64,000 nucleotides of DNA from an uncultured archaeon. Lineage in GTDB: Archaea; Iainarchaeota; Iainarchaeia; Iainarchaeales; JAAZKV01. Position numbers and translations under genes: made by a program. Below, in pieces: positions 1-6,810 of the stretch (position 1 is the stretch's first letter; the number at the start of each line of letters is the position of its first letter). The notes under the pieces were generated by a model. The model did not search any database. It saw only the letters and a list, made by a program, of their open reading frames with translations, and was not told the DNA's origin. Where the stretch lies: assembly GCA_902385225.1 (NCBI GenBank), contig CABMEU010000029.1:41065-105064 (forward strand). Direction: 5' to 3'.

Positions 1-108
1 AAGAGCTTCCTGCTTGTTATTTCTCAAAAGAAAAAGAGAAGAGCGGGGATAGAAGCATCAAGAATTTCTTTTCTTGACTTTCTTATTTGCCCCCTGATTT
101 TTTTTGTG

Positions 109-1248
109 CTACTTTATACTTTCAAATTTCACTGAGTTAATACAGTTCGGCAAATATTTTGGCTCTTTCAGTCCAGGGAGCTGTTTCACAAGCGGCAAAT
201 CATGCACGGAGTATTTCCCGTAGTAAAGCTCTTTGAGGGCATGAGTTTTCAAAAATTCCTCAACCTTAAGCATCCCGTTGAAATAAAGCGCGTCCTTAAA
301 GAGCGCCCCTCCCTTTGTCTGGTCCTTTATCCCGCGCTTTGCTCGAAGTGTAAGCCTAAACGCCGCTTCCCTATCAAAGTGCTTTGCCATTTCCGTGTAA
401 GTGTCAAAGAAGCTTTTTGTCTGCGCCTCATTAATCGCGATTAATCTCCCCGCATATTCCTTTACCTGTTTCTCAGAACTCACTCCGCTTAGTTTCTCAA
501 TGGTTGCGGCAAGTCCCTCTTCTGTTTCAGTTGTTTCTCTTGAGAATCCGTGCGCGAGTAATTTGTATGGCTGTCTAAAACCATTTTCATATCTGTAAAT
601 GTGCGCCTCAATTTCGTGAGCAATGAATCTTGCAACCATTTCCTTTGTAAAATCCGTATCATTGTTGATTAGTATCTCTCTGCGGGAATTAATTACGGCA
701 AATCTTGAGCCCGCCGGTTCGCGCAGGGTTATCTTGTAATTGAGTTTGCCTTTCTTTAAGCGTGTTTTAATTGTGTTAATTGCAGTGTCAAGGGAGATTC
801 TCTCCTCATATTGCTTCGCATCGGTTTGAAGGGCTTTTTTTGCGGCTGAAACAGATATTCTCTCAATGCTTCCATAGTATGCTTCAGAGTTTCCGCTAAA
901 ATTCTCCGTTCCGATGCTTTTGATGAGCTCAATTTTCTCAATGAGATCAATTATCTCGGATTCAAATACTATCCCAAGTTCGTCTCTTCCAACTTCTTTC
1001 AATAGTTCAGTGAGCTCTGATTTGAATGTATCAAGTTTTGAGCCCGCCTGAAAGTATGAATAATCAGGGTTTCTTTGCATGTATGAGAATACTGGGTTGT
1101 ATTGCTCATTTCTCTCAAGCGCCTCAAAGAATTTCAGTTTTTGCTGATTAAGGTTCTGCGGATTAATAAATTTGAGTAAATTAGTCTCAATTACTCCCGC
1201 GATTTCAAATGTCTTTTGGTCAAGCTTTGTGTAATCAGGGCAGTGCAT
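109..1248 (-). CDS. DUF1704 / QEGLA-motif family protein with an HExxH zinc-metallopeptidase-like motif
   Basis: 379-aa ORF. It contains AHEIEAH (HExxH) and TETEEGLAAT, a near-QEGLA motif. Length and motif layout match the flavohemoglobin-expression-modulating QEGLA (DUF1704) family that co-occurs with RimK-like ATP-grasp ligases. Its stop lies 75 nt from the start of the next RimK gene on the same strand. Confidence 0.6.
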   Translation of the reverse strand: MHCPDYTKLDQKTFEIAGVIETNLLKFINPQNLNQQKLKFFEALERNEQYNPVFSYMQRNPDYSYFQAGSKLDTFKSELTELLKEVGRDELGIVFESEIIDLIEKIELIKSIGTENFSGNSEAYYGSIERISVSAAKKALQTDAKQYEERISLDTAINTIKTRLKKGKLNYKITLREPAGSRFAVINSRREILINNDTDFTKEMVARFIAHEIEAHIYRYENGFRQPYKLLAHGFSRETTETEEGLAATIEKLSGVSSEKQVKEYAGRLIAINEAQTKSFFDTYTEMAKHFDREAAFRLTLRAKRGIKDQTKGGALFKDALYFNGMLKVEEFLKTHALKELYYGKYSVHDLPLVKQLPGLKEPKYLPNCINSVKFESIK

Positions 1249-1322
1249 ATTGAGAGAAAAGATTATTGGGGTTAATATTGGTTTTGGTTTAGAGAAGTTC
1301 GATAACTATTTTGAGTTAGTCT

Positions 1323-2222
1323 CTATTCACTTTCTTTTCCTTTCTTCGCATCCGCTTTTTCAGCGAGTAATCGTATCCACTCGTGTATTACTGTTGTTCC
1401 GAGGTATTTTTTGAATGGTCCGGGCATGAAATTTACCTCAATTACCACCCATTTGTTTTTGTATTCCATGAGGTCAACCGCGCACATGTCCATTCCGAGT
1501 GTTTTCGCTGCGCCCTTTGCAATAGAAAGCATTTCGGGGGTTGGGTTTATGAGGTGCGCGCTTCCCCCGCGGGAAATGTTTGCTCTCCAATCTCCTTTTT
1601 TGCATTTTCTTTTTACCGCAACAACATAATCACCGATTACATAGCACCGAACATCAGAATCCTTTCCTTTGATAAATTTTTGGGTGGAGATAAATTCCTC
1701 AAATAGGTGCACTGCGTCAAGTATGCTCTCCATTTGCTCTTTTGAGTTAATTAGAACAACTCCTTTTCCGGCGAACCCAGAGATTAATTTCATTACAAAT
1801 GGGTATCCTGTCTCATCAATCGCATAATCAGCGTACCTTGGCGAGATAAAGAGCGTGCTCGTTACCCCAGGGATTGATTTTGTGGAGAGTTTTTGCGAAG
1901 TAAAGAATTTGTGGTTAGTTACTTGGTATGATTCAAGAGTCACAGGGCAGTAGGCGTTTGTGCTTTGTATTGCTTTCATTACCGCTTCTCCCAGCAAAAA
2001 ATCACGTGAAGAAATTCTTGGGTAAATTGCGTCATATTCAAGCAAATTTTTCCCCTTATAAAATAATCCCGCTCTCCCCTGCGAGGTTTGAATTTGTATC
2101 TTATCAATTGTGACAAAAAGCACTTTGCCAAACTTCTGCTTTGCTTCTTCAAGCATGGAATTAATTGTGGATTCTTTGTAAGTTTTTGAGCCAATTATTA
2201 GGAGGCTTTTTTGCGAGGTCAT
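1323..2222 (-). CDS. RimK-family ATP-grasp ligase (alpha-L-glutamate ligase-like)
   Basis: Contains WRANISRGGSAHLINP ... MCAVDLMEYKNKWVVIEVNFMPG, which is the typical RimK/LysX C-terminal ATP-grasp signature. Its start overlaps the upstream ligase's stop by 4 nt. Confidence 0.8.
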   Translation of the reverse strand: MTSQKSLLIIGSKTYKESTINSMLEEAKQKFGKVLFVTIDKIQIQTSQGRAGLFYKGKNLLEYDAIYPRISSRDFLLGEAVMKAIQSTNAYCPVTLESYQVTNHKFFTSQKLSTKSIPGVTSTLFISPRYADYAIDETGYPFVMKLISGFAGKGVVLINSKEQMESILDAVHLFEEFISTQKFIKGKDSDVRCYVIGDYVVAVKRKCKKGDWRANISRGGSAHLINPTPEMLSIAKGAAKTLGMDMCAVDLMEYKNKWVVIEVNFMPGPFKKYLGTTVIHEWIRLLAEKADAKKGKESE

Positions 2223-3136
2223 TTTAACCGCCCTCCAAGCGCTGTTTTCTCAATTAGTTTTTCGAGTCCAAAGAAACTAAATTTCGGTTTATTCTTGTGC
2301 CTGTTCGTTTTCGCTTTTTCAATTAAGAAACTCGCAGCCGTTTCCTCAAGGCTCTCTGAGCTAATCCTGTCAAACTCAGCCCAGGGAATCATCGGCTCGA
2401 TTTTCACTACTCTTCCTTTCGCAAGATCCACTCTCGCAATATCAAATCCGCATGCGTGCGCGGCGCTTATTGCGGTTTTGTGGTCCTCTTCGCTTAGTTT
2501 GTATGTCTCTCCCGCGGAGAGTTCAGGAACTATTTCATCCTTTTGCTTTCTCTTAACCGCGAAAACCTTTTTTCCAATTACCGCGCATGAAATCGCATCC
2601 CCTGGAATATATTCCCTTAGCATAAATCCGTCAGTTTCAGTTCTAATGCTTTTAATAAAGTGATTTAGTTCAGTGCTTGTTTCTACAACAATTTCCTGCT
2701 GGGCTTTTCTCCCGACAAAATACTTTGCGATTAAAGGATAAGAGATTCTTGTTGAAACTTTCTCAATGTTCTTAGCGGAGCCCGAGGTTAGTGTCTTTGG
2801 GGTGGGAATATCCTCGAGTGCTAAAGTAACAAATTGATACGGCTCGTTCATTGCATTATAATATGCCCCTTTTTTCGCGCTCACATAGCATTCCTGGTCA
2901 TGTAATTCCTCAAGTAATGGTTCAATAAATGGGGCGAGAGTTGCTCGTACTTGGATTATTACCGCATCATAGTAAGGGATTTTTTCCCCAAGTGATTTGA
3001 TTAGGGTTTCCTTTTGTTTGCTCACAAGGGTAATTTTTGATACTCGCAGGTACTGCGCATGCGCGCCCTTTTCCTTAAGCGCCGCAACAATAGGGTTAGC
3101 GACCCCTTTTTTCTCAGCAATAACAAGTATATCCAT
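2219..3136 (-). CDS. RimK-family ATP-grasp ligase, second paralog
   Basis: Pre-ATP-grasp plus ATP-grasp architecture. FDIARVDLAKGRVVKIEPMIPW resembles the RimK D..G..V.EVN core. The probable start is MDILVI (3136); the track ORF extends to 3154. It is translationally coupled to 1323-2222. Confidence 0.75.
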   Translation of the reverse strand: MDILVIAEKKGVANPIVAALKEKGAHAQYLRVSKITLVSKQKETLIKSLGEKIPYYDAVIIQVRATLAPFIEPLLEELHDQECYVSAKKGAYYNAMNEPYQFVTLALEDIPTPKTLTSGSAKNIEKVSTRISYPLIAKYFVGRKAQQEIVVETSTELNHFIKSIRTETDGFMLREYIPGDAISCAVIGKKVFAVKRKQKDEIVPELSAGETYKLSEEDHKTAISAAHACGFDIARVDLAKGRVVKIEPMIPWAEFDRISSESLEETAASFLIEKAKTNRHKNKPKFSFFGLEKLIEKTALGGRLK

Positions 3137-3255
3137 GTCCCCACTAAAGCGCATAACACATGCAAGAGCATAAAAGAGTTTCTTTTTTGAGGTTTGCCTG
3201 CTTTTTTAGTTCCAACAATTAACCTTAATAATGCGGATTTCCTTATCATGGCGCT

Positions 3256-3699
3256 GTGGTCTTCTTGGGTAAATCAAAGAAAGTAATTGGTCTTGTTGAG
3301 ATTGTGCATATTAGGGGCAAAAAAGGAATTGTAAAAAAGAGAGCTCTTTTTGATACGGGTGCGACAAGAACGAGTATTGATGTTAAGACCGCCGCAAAAG
3401 CCGGTATTGGTCCGATTGTTTCTAGTGTTAGGGTAAAGAGCGCTTCTTCTTCAAGAGGATATTTGCGCAGAGCGATTGCTGAAGCCGTGATTGTTGTTAA
3501 AGGGAAAAAGTTCAAGAAGGGAGTGAATATTGAGGACCGTGAAGGAATGCCTTATTCTGTATTAATTGGAAGAGATATTATTCACAACAACTTTTTGATT
3601 GATGTTTCAAGGACCCACACAAGCAACAAGGTGCGGGATTCAAAGGACAAGAGCGAGAGAAAGAGAATTACAGAAATGTGGGATAAGCATCAGCAGTAA
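3256..3699 (+). CDS. RimK-associated retropepsin-like aspartyl protease (COG4067/PF05618-like, the family often annotated as putative ATP-dependent zinc protease)
   Basis: ALFDTGATRTSIDV contains the DTGA aspartyl-protease motif. The C-terminal LIGRDIIHNNFLIDVS matches the LLGRnfL..f.VD ending of that family. It is divergently transcribed from the RimK pair. Confidence 0.7.
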   Translation: MVFLGKSKKVIGLVEIVHIRGKKGIVKKRALFDTGATRTSIDVKTAAKAGIGPIVSSVRVKSASSSRGYLRRAIAEAVIVVKGKKFKKGVNIEDREGMPYSVLIGRDIIHNNFLIDVSRTHTSNKVRDSKDKSERKRITEMWDKHQQ

Positions 3700-3749
3700 T
3701 AATTATGTCTTTGTGTTTAGTGGGAAGAAATTAGTGTGGGTGGTTAGCG

Positions 3750-4211
3750 GTGGAAGGAATTGAGTTTAAAGAGCTTAGTAATACAAACCTCAGCACTATT
3801 GAGGAATTGCACGCGCTTTTTCCCCACTGGAAGAAATCCTCTGTTCAGAAAAAGATTAAGCTCACTAACAAGCGCAGAGACAAAAGATTTGTTGCACTAA
3901 GAAACGGAAAAATTATTGCTCATGTGAAATTGGTTTTCGGCAAGGGGCTTCATAATCACAGAGTGGAAGTCACTTCGCTTATTGTTGAGCCGAAAGAAAG
4001 GCGCCAAAAAATTGGAACTGAGCTGATGAAGTATGTTCTAAAACAGCTTCCAGGCGACCGCTCGCTTGTCCTCCTTGCGGTTGACACAAAGAACAAACCC
4101 GCGATTGATTTATACAAAAAGTTGGGCTTTGAGGAATACGGTTCGCTAAAGAAAGCCTCGAGGTTGAACGGAAAGTATGTTGATAATTACTTTATGAAGA
4201 AAGAACTCTAA
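3750..4211 (+). CDS. GNAT family N-acetyltransferase
   Basis: GNAT motif A, RRQKIGTELMKYVLKQL, and a C-terminal KLGFEEYG. GTG start, 50 nt after the retropepsin gene. Confidence 0.8.
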   Translation: MEGIEFKELSNTNLSTIEELHALFPHWKKSSVQKKIKLTNKRRDKRFVALRNGKIIAHVKLVFGKGLHNHRVEVTSLIVEPKERRQKIGTELMKYVLKQLPGDRSLVLLAVDTKNKPAIDLYKKLGFEEYGSLKKASRLNGKYVDNYFMKKEL

Positions 4212-4292
4212 GTGTATTGCCAAAAACTGCCTTCGCAGTAGCTTTATATATGAGTTTTTTTCTAATGATAGGAGTTAGTTGGTTGTGATTTT

Positions 4293-4853
4293 GTGGTTTT
4301 GAGTGTTCTATTCCATCCTACTGAGGTCTTCAAGAAGGTTGATTCCTCCCCCGTTCTTTATTCCCCCTGGCTTGTTGTAATTATTGCGGGTATTTTCCTT
4401 GCGATTGTTGGTTATTATGCCTCGGCAAGTTGGCTTACCGGGGTATATATGTTCATTGCGAATATTGTGCAGTGGTTCATTTTGACTTTATTTGTTTGGT
4501 TCTTTGGCTTTATACATTTGAGAAAGAAAAGAGGGATTGCGGAGGAAAGATTTGCGGAATGCGCCGCGGCTACTGGAAAACTTTGGACTATTACTCTTGC
4601 AACTAACTTGATAATGGCGATTCTCTCAGTCTTCTACGGGTTTGTGACAATTTTCCCTTTCAATATTTTGGCTATGATTGGTGTTATTCTTGCAATTATC
4701 CTTACTATTGGCTGGATTGTGGCGTCTTATAAGATGCTAAAAGTTGTATTAGGCATTAATGGCGGGAAATTATTTGTTAATTGGATACTTTTGCTCATTT
4801 TAAATGTGGTTACAAGCGCGTTTATTGTTGGGTTAATAGCAAAAATCTTCTAA
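4293..4853 (+). CDS. Polytopic membrane protein, possibly Yip1-domain-like
   Basis: About five hydrophobic helices with a GTG start. There is no catalytic motif and the assignment is weak. Confidence 0.35.
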   Translation: MVLSVLFHPTEVFKKVDSSPVLYSPWLVVIIAGIFLAIVGYYASASWLTGVYMFIANIVQWFILTLFVWFFGFIHLRKKRGIAEERFAECAAATGKLWTITLATNLIMAILSVFYGFVTIFPFNILAMIGVILAIILTIGWIVASYKMLKVVLGINGGKLFVNWILLLILNVVTSAFIVGLIAKIF

Positions 4854-4996
4854 TTTTAACAGCTCTCTTTAGTTTTCTGCCTTATTTATTTCCTGATTGT
4901 TAAGGCAATTGCCCAAAAACCCCCTGATACTACATAATTTGGCTGGTTTTCCCAAACATTTATAAAGGAAAATGAGAGGAAATTTATCGTGGTATA

Positions 4997-5221
4997 ATGA
5001 AGAAGCTCTGCTCTGAATGCAAGGCCCGTTTCGAGGTTCCAATTGATGATATGGAAGAAGGAGATGCTATTCCCTGCCCTGAATGCAATTTAGAGTACAC
5101 AATTATAGCTGACAAGAAAGGTGTTTTGAAACTAATTGAAAGCAAGACGTTTGAGATGGAGGAAGAGGAAGAAGACTCCGAGGAAGATTCAGACGCTGAA
5201 GAAGATTACGATTCTGATTAA
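4997..5221 (+). CDS. LysW-like zinc-ribbon amino-group-carrier-type protein with an extended poly-acidic C-terminal tail
   Basis: CSECKARFEV...(13 residues)...IPCPECNLEYTII followed by GVLKL. This matches the LysW layout: CPECGAELRL, a 13-residue spacer, CEDCGAELEVV, then GLDPL. The C-terminal 25 residues are E/D-rich and end EEDYDSD, compare LysW's EDWGE. A TATA-like box (tttataaagg) ends about 29 nt upstream of the ATG. Confidence 0.5.
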   Translation: MKKLCSECKARFEVPIDDMEEGDAIPCPECNLEYTIIADKKGVLKLIESKTFEMEEEEEDSEEDSDAEEDYDSD

Positions 5222-5320
5222 GCAAAATCATCTCATTCTAATTGACTTAGTTCCCTCACTCCCATATTCAAATCAAATTCTCAGTGCCCCAAAAACCCTT
5301 AAATACTTCGCCAACTACGA

Positions 5321-6739
5321 TTGTTTATCATGGTGCTAAAACTTTTCAATTCATTTGGCTGCAAGCTTGAGGAATTTAAGCCGATAAAAAAAGATTTTGT
5401 CGGGCTCTACACTTGCGGACCAACTGTCAATAATTACATTCACATAGGAAACCTCAAGTGCTATTCTTGGGAGGATTTGCTTAAGCGTTACCTTCTCTTC
5501 AAGGGCTACAAAGTAAAACAAATAATGAATTTTACTGACGTTGATGACAAGACAATTAAAGGATCAATAGCAAATAATGTTCCTCTCTCAGAATACACTG
5601 AGAAATTCAAGAAAGCGTTTTTAGAAGACATTAAGACAATGAATATTCTTCCCGCGGAAATTTATACTCCCGCAACTGAATATATTCCTGAAATGGTAAA
5701 GCTTGTGGAAAAACTTCTCGATAAAGGTTTTGCTTACAAGGGCGAGGATGGAAGTATTTATTTCTCAATAAAGAAATTCAAGAATTACGGGAAACTCGCG
5801 GGGATTGACACAAAAAAGTTAAAGGATGGGGCGAGAGTAAAACAGGATGAGTATGAAAAAGAGGGTGTAGGGGATTTTGCTTTATGGAAAGCTTGGGATG
5901 AGAATGATGGTCCTGTTTATTGGGAAACTTCTTTAGGGAAAGGAAGACCCGGGTGGCATATTGAGTGCAGCGCGATGAGCATGAAGTACTTGGGAGAAAC
6001 ATTTGATATTCACTGCGGGGGAGTTGATAATAAATTCCCTCACCACGAGAACGAGATTGCGCAAAGCGAGGCCGCTACAGGAAAAAAGTTTGTTAATTAT
6101 TGGCTACACACAGAGCACCTGCTCGTTGATGGGAAGAAAATGTCAAAGTCCCTGGGGAACTTTTACACTCTCCGCGAATTGACCTCAAAAGGTTATAGCC
6201 CAATGGCAATTAGATATGTTTTCCTAAATACTGATTACCGCCAGCAGTTAAATTTCTCCTTTAATGCGGTGAAGGATGCGGAGAAAACTCTTTTGGGATT
6301 GCAGAATTTTATCTCAAGATTGCGGGAAATAAAAAACAAAAAAGATGCTGATTCAATTGCCCCGCTGGTAAGCGCGGCTCTTGAGGGCTTCACCGCCGGA
6401 ATGGATAATGATTTGAATGTGCCTGAAGCGATGAAACATATTTTTGATTTTGTAAAGAAAATAAATAAATTAATTGATGAGGGGGAGATTGGAGTTAGCG
6501 CGGCGAACGAAGCCCTTGAATTCCTCAAAAAAATTAATTCAGTTATTGGAGTGCTTAATTTCACAGAGAAGTATTTTGAACTCACGGAAGAACAGCAGGC
6601 ATTAATCCTTGAGCGTAACCTCGCAAGAAAGCACAAGGACTGGAAGAAGAGCGATGAACTCCGCGATAAACTCAAGGCGATGGGGATTGAGGTTGTGGAT
6701 AATAAGGACGGGACGACTCTCGCAAAGCCCCTGAAGTAG
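5321..6739 (+). CDS. cysS: Cysteinyl-tRNA synthetase
   Basis: Class-I HIGH-type motif NYIHIGNL, KMSKSLGN, and the CGPTV zinc-site region near the N-terminus. Confidence 0.9.
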   Translation: MFIMVLKLFNSFGCKLEEFKPIKKDFVGLYTCGPTVNNYIHIGNLKCYSWEDLLKRYLLFKGYKVKQIMNFTDVDDKTIKGSIANNVPLSEYTEKFKKAFLEDIKTMNILPAEIYTPATEYIPEMVKLVEKLLDKGFAYKGEDGSIYFSIKKFKNYGKLAGIDTKKLKDGARVKQDEYEKEGVGDFALWKAWDENDGPVYWETSLGKGRPGWHIECSAMSMKYLGETFDIHCGGVDNKFPHHENEIAQSEAATGKKFVNYWLHTEHLLVDGKKMSKSLGNFYTLRELTSKGYSPMAIRYVFLNTDYRQQLNFSFNAVKDAEKTLLGLQNFISRLREIKNKKDADSIAPLVSAALEGFTAGMDNDLNVPEAMKHIFDFVKKINKLIDEGEIGVSAANEALEFLKKINSVIGVLNFTEKYFELTEEQQALILERNLARKHKDWKKSDELRDKLKAMGIEVVDNKDGTTLAKPLK

Positions 6740-6810
6740 TTCAATCCAAAAGCAGCCAGAAATCTTTTTAACCAAGAAAGTGTTACTATAAGCGAGAAAA
6801 GGGATTATTT

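Noticed and set aside
6235-6744. 169-aa minus-strand ORF overlapping the 3' end of cysS
   Set aside because: Antisense to the cysteinyl-tRNA synthetase gene, which has clear KMSKS and anticodon-binding regions on the plus strand. No motif.
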